This document shows positions 53,601-63,264 of a DNA stretch of 64,000 bases, piece after piece. The notes below the pieces were generated by a model. The model was not told the origin of the DNA, searched no databases, and saw only the letters and a program-made list of their open reading frames with translations. The position numbers were made by a program, and so were the translations under genes. The DNA is from Monocercomonoides exilis PA203. Its lineage: Eukaryota > Protista > Preaxostyla. Each line of letters begins with the position of its first letter. Position 1 is the stretch's first letter. The stretch lies in contig LSRY02000056.1 in assembly GCA_001643675.2 (NCBI GenBank), forward strand, positions 62,001 through 126,000, read 5' to 3'.

Positions 53601-55773
53601 GGAGAAAGGATCGATTGTGTCAGTGAGCAATTGTGCCAATGTGAGGTTTGATCTGTGCAGGTTCTCTGGGGATTTGGAGGTAGAAGCAAGAGAAGAAAAG
53701 AAAACAAATGGAAGAACAGAAGAGATTTGCAAATGGATGGGATCAGTTGTGGATGCCATTTCAAGCAATTTGACAATGAAATACACCACAATCAGCAACT
53801 CGAAGAAAGGAGGGCTCTCTTTGTCAGGTGGAAGTGTTGTTATTGAGAACGGAGAGTTTGAAAACAACAATCCATCAATTGAAGGATCTTCATCATTGAG
53901 AAGAAATATTATCTGCTCTGATTCGGGAACATTGAATGTGATGAGTTTGAAAGGAGGAGATGGATTAAAGGATAACACTTCACTGTGGATGTTGAACGAT
54001 GGGTGCAGTTTTGAAGGGATTGTTTCTGAGAGGGACTCTTCATTCTTCATTCCTGTGTTGGAAAGTGTGGAAGCAAAAGAAGAGACAAAAAGAATAAAAT
54101 TGATATTCAAAGGAATGCTTCTTGTTCCATGCAATCTGTCATTCTCAATTGTGAAGCGGAAGGGAGAAGAGAAGGAGTTTGAAAAATACAATTTTGATTC
54201 AAATAGATTCTTGTCAGAAAGAGAAGTTGAAGGGAGTGTAGCAAAAGATCTTATCAGCAGTTGTGGAGATGAAATTGAAGTGAGTGCTTGTATTTTGTTT
54301 GGGAATTCAAATTCTCCATCTTCAACAAATTCATTCATCCTGAAGAATAGGAGCGAAGATCAGTCAAGTGGAAATGAAAGAATTGTTGAAGGTGGAAAGA
54401 AAGAAAGTTCTATATGGCCAATTATTGTCGTTGTGTTAGTTGTTCAGTTTTTAATTGTTCTTGTTGGATTAATTTTGTTTGTTGTTCGATGGAGGAAGGC
54501 AAAGAGACGAACAGAAGAACTGGAAGAGATTGTGAACGACACAGTGAAGAAGGATCCGAAGGCAATTGAGATGATCACAATGGAGATGTCTCCAGAGGAT
54601 CAGTGGAGGAGAGCAGAGAGAGAGGCTGAGAAGAAGAATGAAGAGAGAATAAAGAAGAGAATTTATGAGAATAGCTTGGGACACTCAGAGTCGTCAGAGC
54701 ATCTTCTGTCTGAGAGTGGATCCACTGAATACATTCTTGGTCAAGACTCGGACAAGATTCCCAAATGGATGCTGGAGAAGGTGAATGAGAAAGAAGAGGA
54801 GGAAGAAGTGAGAAAGGGATCACCATCTCCATCCATTTCATCCACTTCAACGACAGACACTTCAGACACAGATTCCACTTTTGTTCGGGGAGAGGATCTG
54901 TGCCCAACCACCTCATCCATGTCGAATCTGGTGGATGCAATGGCCTGCTCATCCCCTCATGAGAAGCTGATTGTGGATCTGAGGGATTCGATGTTCATGC
55001 TGTTGCACGGGAGGAACAAGACAAAGGAGATGGCGATTGGGAGTTTGAAAGAAAGAGAACAAACAGCTGCTCAGATCCTTTTCTGGGTGGCTAATCTTGC
55101 CCTCCACTCCTTTGATGAAATGGAAATTCCACTTCAATCACTGGCAAATCTGAGTCCTCATATTGTATTGTTCTCCGAGCACATGGTGATTTATATTGTG
55201 ATGCACTCTGACTTGTTGTCTGATGATTCAGACTCGTCTTCCATCTCTTCATCAACAGTTGTAACTTCTGCAAGTGATGATGATGATGATCAGGACTCCC
55301 TTCCATCATCAGCTTTTGAGGATGATGATTATTACAAAAAAGAGTGTTTGAGGTGGAAGGCGCCTGAGCTGCTGATGAACAAGAAGATGAGTGCAACAAA
55401 GGAATCAGTGACATTCTCGATTGGGATGATGCTGTGGGAGTGTTTGACACTGCAGATTCCGTTTTGTGATTATGAGGCAGAAGTGGCTGGGCAGAAGATT
55501 GTGAATGGAGAAAGTGTTGGGCTTGAGAAAATCCGAGATTCATCTTTTTATGAAGCAGTGAAAAGCGCAATTTCAATAGAACCGTTTGAAAGGCCTACAT
55601 TAACCACTTTAAAGCGAAAGTTTTACGAGTATTTTCCATTAGAAACAAATATTGTGACAGTTTCTGATGCAGTGGACTTTGATATTGGAGGAGATGAAGA
55701 AGGGAGCCAATGTGAAGAGAAAAATTCCAGGAATAGTTTTATAAGTAAAACAGCCTTCAATACAACAAGTTGA
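47659..55773 (+). CDS. Giant intronless type I receptor-like protein: Cys/Gly-rich beta-helix ectodomain, one TM, TKL-like pseudokinase tail
   Basis: 2704-aa uninterrupted ORF; hydrophobic N-terminus; GGAI/GGGM repeats; TM IWPIIVVVLVVQFLIVLVGLILFVVRWRK; kinase C-lobe motifs LRWKAPEL, SVTFSIGMMLWECLTLQIPF, P.ERPT. Confidence 0.85.
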   Translation: MLSGICCFVCIIYFQCMYNGMANEETFQTNELKKERIDDNLERNWSDTFQKDIFANENALETNIDGREGGTKITKKCEKRKNGDSKEENDEKLKFKKSSPNEMVRGTNMSDERKMRKQQRFEGESWIEGCLMFANSSIKLHSLGLVPNEGQSVLNAAKECFVEVNRCGIEIGGEIPPFCFSGSCGLFINISLRFPLNSHLQKCTSLFSSQPFEEVRSEKCHVSVCSSHFSSFCVSSAPFLSSPSIPLISLSQLTFFNISTSSTDCPSPATVTTQTSYLMNSCSFSSICDAYDGGIVPSLNNPLTSLTASNTSFFKCCRTRNIECNGTADNIIKPGRQNITDNGANLFTWCEWNGSKTTGTNKDFSDGTSNGGAIYMFNMENGILIVTHCSFNGCAAFHTGGGVMCANIKSVEIENNSFNSCTAQISAGGGMCVVAVSSCVRISGCKFRFCQAYHYGGGLDLEDINCSGTGCIDTENDGGESLCVIDCSFTSCSVSSYYGGGMFCEIVPKTQLKIRFIQFISCSAALYGGGLRIHLLRQSSQKDIIYCDYLFFHECECSGNPPYGHDIMFYDLFNAFLSSSNPFFECYTTNTNDQRVCYGYDNMGSSWSYHHTEKQWWINNGILNRFVAVDGGFEDKMCGIDESRACKSIGVAVHQSKTQTTLVVIPMEGIHKRETTPIDIESMKVSVIGSGNDKSSIGTGALSSTGSLFSVTTGHLGLLHMKVDCNSNANPSSPSVVVVSDGSGSLSLEDVVITTSNTGEYLISSSLFVVPLSQLSMVGVEIKDMNVSEPLFSEPDQSSRSTSGESVLVNVTIRNVKLTTGKGAVITMSAKSEEKFLVSNTTIEGCECEEGNGGGMSIHLADNGEVVMNGTTVVDGCKAGNNGGNGGKGGGMFVLMESEGCGLTIGQNVEFSKVNENVASYGKDVFIHCESGVFLESKVNTSSFSFFDASVIPSNVLKLSGSENGNESEVIPLFVYLCTMGTKVIVDGSGGNGKDHNHCGFEAFRCLTVDYCANSRMNSTVNEIEIVSSSSITKEITGSSFGVIISGRITSSAEERMGVNVSDRGSATQNWLVGCSSSLTMSRLSFVVKDQLNMRRSAFIHSTSTLKITNCSVSFESGAMTDGKIGYNVINIEGGELIMNGFVMEGGVTMNGKSTISMTDGMRLEMLNSRVSGVEVIGVDGGCMNVVMKEEGSAKVEECNFSSRCSDGNEMKGGGMMISVVKGRSLELKKVNLSRCEVPSEDSEEGGKGIGGGMFVELPNQMGSFVMEGMTFEGCNAWKGKNVFVSGWNLSEIVNKDHFKWEMSEGELKSLDELCGREKKTTGEGYVIPLVVYLWRNWSGNGFASKDQGGDFSGCGYSEAPCSSIEHLISLRYEPLGKGETHINIVGTGALNRAISFPSPPSLTETPIVTIEGEKKGTVLKVREMDGNGGGKSMVVSNVHLSFKNISFTMPNELGRHSSFIQSSSSSAMLSVVSCSIDCNEETREMKYCVVRADGGSVAIEDFMLSELSVAKGFVEFTTDVKSVDVMNLTISNTTISGGSLISLSQPSPTNVLIHNPRESTKQIVSVKSSSFTNITCSENRACVMSVGSFSSWMECVIEGCVLTKCMSERSLEGGGMKMLMKRGESEVKVSGCSFGMCVCSTGNGRGGGMMIDALDPNVECSNTEMRPLGLRLENIRFMMNDAFVGKDVFILCDSIASQINERLFLLDFSQESLKLNNSMCGSDGEENIDVDLIPLITFYYSSQVFVSVKGSDSAQCGRRDAPCESIGNAVQHIQRSIASMIIIDGEGKIGGECVTGDVRMVPVKKTKGKIHFDGKIEKASEENSILKFVNESAVERCSFEFGEQFSSSHSCIMKVKNGTIMMRECECLSSTSELVIKSIVMSVEGGELEMDKCVFTRMQLSVPLIEFIGESKAVISETKIDNLDSEGNVIEVGDRAEVEMKELDVQNITLSRSGSAVKMQYLVKNEVLSNCSFGKCLSSKEKGSIVSVSNCANVRFDLCRFSGDLEVEAREEKKTNGRTEEICKWMGSVVDAISSNLTMKYTTISNSKKGGLSLSGGSVVIENGEFENNNPSIEGSSSLRRNIICSDSGTLNVMSLKGGDGLKDNTSLWMLNDGCSFEGIVSERDSSFFIPVLESVEAKEETKRIKLIFKGMLLVPCNLSFSIVKRKGEEKEFEKYNFDSNRFLSEREVEGSVAKDLISSCGDEIEVSACILFGNSNSPSSTNSFILKNRSEDQSSGNERIVEGGKKESSIWPIIVVVLVVQFLIVLVGLILFVVRWRKAKRRTEELEEIVNDTVKKDPKAIEMITMEMSPEDQWRRAEREAEKKNEERIKKRIYENSLGHSESSEHLLSESGSTEYILGQDSDKIPKWMLEKVNEKEEEEEVRKGSPSPSISSTSTTDTSDTDSTFVRGEDLCPTTSSMSNLVDAMACSSPHEKLIVDLRDSMFMLLHGRNKTKEMAIGSLKEREQTAAQILFWVANLALHSFDEMEIPLQSLANLSPHIVLFSEHMVIYIVMHSDLLSDDSDSSSISSSTVVTSASDDDDDQDSLPSSAFEDDDYYKKECLRWKAPELLMNKKMSATKESVTFSIGMMLWECLTLQIPFCDYEAEVAGQKIVNGESVGLEKIRDSSFYEAVKSAISIEPFERPTLTTLKRKFYEYFPLETNIVTVSDAVDFDIGGDEEGSQCEEKNSRNSFISKTAFNTTS

Positions 55774-57076
55774 ATTACAAAATAATTTTGCATATTTTTG
55801 TGGAGAGGACTGATGTTTGTACATGTTTATATGATTTTTTTAGCTTTCTTTGTAAAGAATCACACAACTATTTTACTTTTTTTGACTGTTTCGTTTCCAT
55901 AATGATGAAATTTTTTGAAACTTTACCAACAACTTTGCTCTTTTCAAACTCTTTTGAAATATTGTAATTCTGATGTTCTTTGATTGTCTTTCATTTCAAA
56001 ATCACCTTCCAAACTTTGGCATTTCATTTTTATGTTTTTATTAGGAAGTCATGATTTTCTGTGATGTATTGATCCAAAATTTTGTGTTCATACATATTAT
56101 CATAGTTTTTGTTTCACTCAACATAACGCCAATTTTTTATTTTTATCATATTATTGTTTTATCATGTTCGATGTTCAAATTTTGTATTCATGCTTTCATC
56201 TTTTTATTTTTTTCTAGCAATTAAAAGACCTAATATGCTTTTTAAATCCACTCAAAAATTCAATGGTCTTTCCTTAAAGAATGAATTGAGATTTTCACAA
56301 ATGTAAAAAATTTTCAAAATTTAAAAACAAACAAATAATAAGAAAATAATTTCAAGATAGGAAAAAAAACCGACTCGATTTTCAAGAAAATTTTATCGTT
56401 TCAAATATCAACACTCTGATTTCAATAAAAAGAAAAAATATCAGTTCTCACTAACAAATCAAAGGAAATGCTTATTGTTGAAAATTATTGATTGGAAAAA
56501 TAAATGATAATAGTCTTTTTTTATAACTAATTGATCAAAATGTTAAATCAAAAACAAATATAATCAAAAAAAAATGAATTTTTGTTTTATTATTAATATT
56601 TTTGATTTTGGGTAATAATGGTTAATTTTTTGAAAAACATAATAAATGAATATTTTCATGAGTGATTATTTTTGAAATCAATTTTTTTTTTTCCTTCAAA
56701 TATTTCAATTCCAAATTTTGTGAAAAGAAAATGTGATTAAACACTGAAAAGAAATTTCACAATTGATTGAAAGAATAATTGGCATTCATTTTGGACATCC
56801 TTTTTATTTAATAATTGTGAATCTTTAAATATTTGATGAAATACACGTACAAAATAAAAAGAATCTTAGAAAAACAGACACCCCGATAAAAATTGTGATA
56901 AAAATAATTATCACACATATGGGTGATTTTTTTTGACATCATAAAAAAAGATCAAAAATTGAAAAGAAAAAATCAATAGTGGTATATTTTGATCAAAAAG
57001 TTAAATTGAATTTTTGTTAGTATTTTGCTTTTATTGCTATCATATATATTTGTAAAATTCATAAGAACAAAAAAAG

Positions 57077-57568
57077 GGCAAATGGGTATGATACGACCAG
57101 TGAAAAATTCATATCATAACGATTTCTTTTTCATATTCCCATCAGACAAATCATTAGTACAATGCAGATGAAGTCAATTTTTATCATCTATTTTTACATA
57201 GAAAGAAATTTATTATTTTTTCAATTTTTGAATAATGATAAAAAAATATTTTCGTATTAAAGCCCTAATATCTTTATAAATAAAGTTAAAATGAAATTAC
57301 TTTAAGGGTTAACCCTAATTCATAGAGTTCTGTTGTTAAAACTAGTTAATAGGGAAAAAAAACCTAAAAGAAAACATAATTGAATTAAATGATGGGCTCG
57401 TTCAAAGATTTTTATCATTTCAAAAATAATAACGTTGGTAGATAATTTAATTTTTGAAAAGATTTTGACGACTGACCTTAATTAATGAGTATGTTAAGCT
57501 CGGTTTCAATTCAATTTTTGATATTTTAAAGAAAAAAATCATAACTGGCCGTATAATCCCCTTTTGCC
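57077..57568. mobile_element. Non-autonomous MITE, Merlin/IS1595-like
   Basis: 25-bp imperfect TIRs (GGCAAATGGGTATGATACGACCAGT vs GGCAAAAGGGGATTATACGGCCAGT, 21/25) flanked by an identical 8-mer AAAAAAAG (57069-57076 and 57569-57576); no ORF inside. Confidence 0.75.
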
Positions 57569-57789
57569 AAAAAAAGATACCTTTTTTATGTTTTAAGTGA
57601 AAAAGAAAATTTTGATCATGTTTAATAAAAATAAACAAAAAACAAATACTGAAACTTCTAAAAGGAAAATAGTCATATCATAATTGGAAAAACAAAACTT
57701 ATAAAGAAAATTTATATTTATTGAACAATGTTGATGGATTTTTATGTACAAAATAAAATTTCTTCAAATAACATGCATTGAGTTTTGTT

Positions 57790-60700
57790 TTCATTGAGGT
57801 AAAACTTCATCACCAACTTCCTGCTACAGCTGAGCAGTTCAACGACTTATTATAACAACGAAAGGAATGGAGGCGAAACAATAATGGATGATCACAATAG
57901 AGTCAATCTCACTTTTCTCTCCTTTTTATTTTTTTGAACAAATTTCTAACTTTCTTCTTCATCTGCTGCCCATTTTTCTTGCTTTTCTGCTCCACTTCAT
58001 TAATATCCCCCATTTGAAAATGTTGCCCTTGTTGTTTTCTTTTATATATATTGTTTTCCTAATAAAAGTTTCATAACACTTCTTAATCACTTCTTTAACG
58101 AAAAAAGAACTTGTTAATTTTTTTCAGCGAATATGCTTCGTTCATTTTCTTTATTTTCTTCTCTTCTCAGCAAGCTCCCTCTTCCTCAACCACACATTCA
58201 TCACCAGTCTCATCTTTAACAACCTCACTATATTCCATCTCATCTCTCTCACAAACCCCTTCTCTTTCAACTCCTTAACAGTTTTAACAGTTCCATGAGC
58301 AGCGTAAATTTGGCACACAGAAACCAGCAAACATCGGAAGGCGAACACTTTCCTTGACGTGAAGATCATCCGGTTCCGCGTGATTGAAGAGGTGACCGAA
58401 GGAAGAAGAAGATGATGAGGAAGAGGAAGAAACAATAGCAGCAGAAATATCATGAGATAATGCAATATATCAAGAAGAGAGGAGAATGTAGTTAACAGAA
58501 GGGTTCAAGCAAGCACTGGACGAGACCGAATCAATAGCCCATTCAGAAAATGACTCAGAAACAGAAGAAGAAGTTGAAGAAGAAGATGAATGAGAAGACG
58601 AATGATAATTGGCTGCTATTGTGGCTGAGGAGTTGGTGTGTGTGATAGAACAAGCAGATACAGCTGTGCTCGCATCTGACAAAACATCCAATTCTTTGGA
58701 AGAGATTGAGTGATGTTTCTTGGAAGAAAAAGTTAAATTCTCTGATTTTTGGCAAATTTATTTTTCTTATTCTTGTTATTCTTCTTCTTCTTCTTTTCTT
58801 CTTTCTTCTTCTTTTTTCACTTTTTTCACTTTTTTCTCTTTCTTCTCTATCTTCTCTATCTTCTCTTTCTTCTCTTTCTTCTCTTTCTTCTTTTTCTTTT
58901 TCTTCTTTCATTTCAATTAGTTTCTTCGTTTTCTGCTAAAAAAGAGAATGTCTATTGAAATGAGTGTGTTTTCAATGAGGATTGATGAGAAAGTTGTTTG
59001 ATGATTGACGGCTGTGTGATCTATGAATAATCAGCCTTTGAATATGAAGAAGAAGATGGAGGAGAAGAAGAATGAAGAGAAGAAGAATGAAGAGAAGAAG
59101 AGAGAGAGAAAGAAGGAGAAGGAGAGGAAAAGTGAGAGGAAGAATGAGTTTGTGAAAGAGAACGGGGAAATGAATGGAAAGAAGGAGAAGGAGGAAAAGA
59201 AGAGGAAAAGGAGAGGAAGTAGACATGTTCGATAAAAAGGCAGTGCTTAGGCTGGATATGTCGAAGGACTTATGTGTGAGTGAAGAAGAGTCTGTGGCAG
59301 GAGATGACTGAGTGAGAGGCTTCGGCGGGGTTCCAACAAGAACAGAAGTAACAGACAATTGTGCGTGTGACAATGGAGAATAAGGAGGAGTAGCAAATGT
59401 TGAGAAGGCTGTGATGTTTTCAACGTGTAACTTTGCAGATGAGAGTGTGCAGTCGAGCGAGTAAAATGTCTGCTGTTGTTCATCATTATTTTCATCATCT
59501 CCTTCTTCTCTTCCCCTGTCCCTCCTCCTCCTTTCTGTTGCTGTATGTGCAAGCCTTGTGTCGAAAGTGTCAATTTGCGATGTTCAAAACTCGTCTTTCT
59601 TCTTCTTCTTCGTCTTCGCCTTTGGCTCTTCCTGCTGTCTCCCTTTCCTCTGCTCGGAACTCAATTTGCCACTGTTCTCCGCTCTCTTTGCCTCTTTCAT
59701 TTGATAGCGCACTCCTCGCTCTTCGCTTCTTGGCGGTGTCATAAAGTGAGTGGATAATTGCGATGTGCTGGCAGCCCCTTCCCCTTCCTACCCCAATTTC
59801 TCTTCTCATTTCCGTTCACCTCATTCACTGGAGCTTGTGTACTGAAGAAGAACGAGCTCCTTTAGCAGAGTAAGATGAACCGCTGTTGAATAGGAAATCC
59901 GTTCAAATGCACAACCTGAAATCCAATAGAACACATCGACAGTGATGATGATGAAGAGTATAAAGAAAAAGGAGGAGGATAGGAAGAAGAAGAAGAAGAA
60001 GAAGAAGAAGCAATATTTGACTGAAGAAGATTCTGTGTGTTTTTGGCTATGCTGTTCATATCATGTGTGCTAGTCGCTGAATAAGCAAGTGAATCGTGAG
60101 GAAGCGAATTTTGTGTTCGGAAACCGAAAAATGAGGAAGATGATCGATTGAATGAAGGAGGATTATCGGAAGAAGAAGAAGACGAAGACGAAGACGAAGT
60201 TCAAGTGAAAAAATGTGAATATTTGTGGTGATAGAGAAATGCGCAACCACTCAAATAACATTTCTGAAATAAATGATGAGGACACTTTGCGTGATGTCGT
60301 TGATTGGCCAAAACATCTCGCTTGATGTCTAAACTTCAGATTGGTCAGAAAAACTCAACCACAAAATCTATTGCAACAGATTTTTGTGAATCAATAATGT
60401 TGGTTTTCCACAAATCATTTGTCTTCTTTCTGTGACTTCACCTCCTTTCACCTCAAAAATAGAAAATGATAATATCTCTCAATTTCCATTCCTTTCCATT
60501 TCCATCTTCCATTCAGCTCACAAAACACTCAGAAAATATCTATCCCCTCCTTTTCTTCAGCATTCCCATTCTCTTCCAAAAAATATTCTTCTCCTCTCAT
60601 AAAAAATACCTCTCTTCCATTTGAACACTTCAGAATATTCTTCTTCCTTCCCGCTTTTGCCCTCTTTTCTTTCTCTTCAAAATCCATTTCTCCCATCAAC

Positions 60701-61400
60701 AATAATTACCTTCCTCATCATCCCCAGTCACTTCTCTATATATTTTCTACATTTTCTTCTATAAATCTCCGCCTGCTCTTCTCCATCCCTCCGTCTCCAA
60801 ATTTCAATCAATCAAAAACCCCTCTTGAAGCATTAACATTCAAAAATGCACTCAACTCCCACCCCCTGCCACAAATAATCCTCTTCCATTACTTGTCTGC
60901 CACATATCCATCCTGTTCCAGGCATTGATAAGATAAACATCAAATACTGCATTGGGTATTTGAGAATATTATTAAAGGAGATGATCATGATAAAAAAAGA
61001 AAAACGCATCTGGACATCAATCGCACTGCGGGTTGGTTGAGAAGACACTCCCAATGAGATACACGATGCATTTTGTGGAGATTTATTCCATGCTGCAATT
61101 TGACCACTCTTAGGTTGAAGCTGAAAAGTGTTTTTTTGAATGATGATTGTTGTGAAAATGAGGCTTTTTAGCAAAAAACAGTAGAGGAGCAGTTTGACAT
61201 TTATTTCTTTTTCTTTATATGAATATTAACCTGCCGACTGTTTTTGTGTTGTTTTCAGGGCAGCAGGCGTAAATGAATGAAAGCAAATGAAAGCGGGATA
61301 TCTCGTTGTGCAGGGTGAGTATGGAGTTCGGACAGCGAATTAGTGAGGAAAGTGCACAGGATGAAGGGATTTGGATGTGAATTGGAGATGATATTTTTGG
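57790..61400 (-). pseudogene. Heavily degenerate gene remnants
   Basis: Coding-like GC content with Ser/Glu microsatellite blocks but only short ORFs in shifting frames; no recognisable domain. Confidence 0.35.
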
Positions 61401-61785
61401 AATAAGAAGTTTTTTGATGATGAGTGTGGAAATGAGTAAAATACATAAATTTTACATTATTCAGAAGAGAAAGATAACTAAACAGTTGAAAGAGAAGCGA
61501 ATGTGGGTGAATCAACTATGAAAATTATTTATTGTCAAAAATTGATTGATGTTTTCTATTATTTGTTGATTTCAACCAATCAATTCTTTTTTCATCAATA
61601 ACATTTTTCTGCAAATTTTTCAAAAGATATTTATTGAATAATTTATCTAAATTGTTGCATTCATATTTTATTTGCGGTTAATTAATTGTTTAATTCTGTT
61701 TATTAGAGTTTTGAAACTTTTTGGATATGTTTAATGAATTTTCTTCAAATTTTGAAGCAAAAACAATTAGAAACAAATTAAAATT

Positions 61786-63264
61786 GGCATAATCGCGTTA
61801 TATCGGACAACGAAAATTTCAGTTTTTTTGTGTCTGATTTACTTAAATATGTATCTAATTCATTTTAAAAATAGTTTTAAAGCGCGGAAAACGTTTTGTC
61901 AAAAATAAAAAAATGTTTCGAAAATATCACAATTTATGGGTATGTTCCTATTTAGGGTTATTGAAAAACAAACAATGATCAAAAATGGCATATCCAAGGG
62001 AAAAGAAATATTCTGTATTCGGTAAAATTTGTACATTTATAAAAGAAGAAACTGCATGGGATTGGTTTTTTCATCACATTCTGGAAGATAAAAGTCCAGA
62101 TTGCAGAATTCATAAGAAAAAGAAGGTTTTAGTGAAAGAAGGAGCAAATTATAGGTATTGGACATGTAGAAAATGTGCAACAAAAAAATCAGTGTACAAA
62201 GGAACTAATTTGGAGAATTCAAAGTGTGGAATTAATAAGTTTTTACTCATCATCTTGTTTCTTTGGCTTGGGATTTCTCAATCAAACATTCAAAAAATGC
62301 TTGATTTGCATGATTCAGTTGTTGGCTATTGGAGCTGTGTGTTAAGATGTGCTTGTATGGATTTTATCAACAACAATCCAATCAAACTGGGAGGTGAGGG
62401 GGTTATTGTAGAGATTGATGAGTGCGTATGGAGACGAAGAAAATATAAAAGGGGGAGAAAGAAAAAAGCAAATTTGGATTTTCGGTGCGATAGAAAGGAC
62501 AGAAAATAAAAAAGAAATCAAGAAGAAATTCATCAATATAGTTCCTGACAGATCTGCAAAAACTCTTCTTCCGATAATCAGACAGCACATTTTGCCAGGC
62601 ACAACTATCATGAGTGATGAATGGAAAGCCTATTCATCACTGGAAGCATTCGGATACATTCATAAAACAGTCTGTCATAAGAGAAATTTTGTTGATCCTC
62701 TGAGCGGAGCTTGTACAAACACGATAGAGGGTATGTGGTCGCATTTGCGGGGGTTTTTCCCAAAACATGGTGTTAGAGAACGGTTTTTGGGGGATTATCT
62801 AGCATTTTGGATGGTGAAAAATACAAAACAACTCGCTTTTCAAGATGTTGTACACATGATCGTTTACAGAAAGGAAGAGGAAATCGAAGAACAAATTTTG
62901 GAAGAACAGGATAAAGAAGAAGACGACGAATTAACAGATGAAAATATTCCAGATATTGATGATTTTGATTCTTCAGAATCTTCCAATGAGAAAAAAGATG
63001 AATCAACAGACAGCTTGGGATTATCTGATGGTGCTGATGCATCGGAATGGGTGGATGAATAATAACAATTGATAATTTTTCTATTTTTCGATTTTTTTCA
63101 TTGACCCACAATCATTTTTTTTTTGAAAAAAGAAAAATTAAAAACTCGATTTTGACAAACTTCCGCGCTTTTTTAATATCCAAAACATTAATATATATGA
63201 ATAATAAACATTTCTATTTGCATTAAAATCAATTTCTCAATGTCCGATATAACGCGAATTTGCC
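61786..63264 (+). mobile_element. Merlin / IS1595-family (ISXO2-like) DNA transposon, 1479 bp
   Basis: 24-bp TIRs GGCATAATCGCGTTATATCGGACA (61786-61809) and its inverse at 63241-63264 (22/24 identical) enclose a DDE transposase. Confidence 0.9.
61985..63062 (+). pseudogene. ISXO2-like (Merlin) DDE transposase split by a one-base frameshift
   Basis: Zn-ribbon-like C..H/CRKC, HTH-like GISQSNIQKMLDL, LGGEGVIVEIDE, KYKRGR, WIFGAIER, VPDRSAKTLLPIIRQHILPGTTIMSDEWKAY, TNTIEGMWS; frame changes in the A-run at about 62462-62467. Confidence 0.9.

Noticed and set aside
56894-56915. TGTGATAA/TTATCACA inverted repeat
   Set aside because: 8-bp AT-rich arms are expected by chance here.
62455-62470. AAAAAAG as a programmed -1 frameshift site as in bacterial IS elements
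   Set aside because: The downstream frame is +1 relative to the upstream ORF, not -1.
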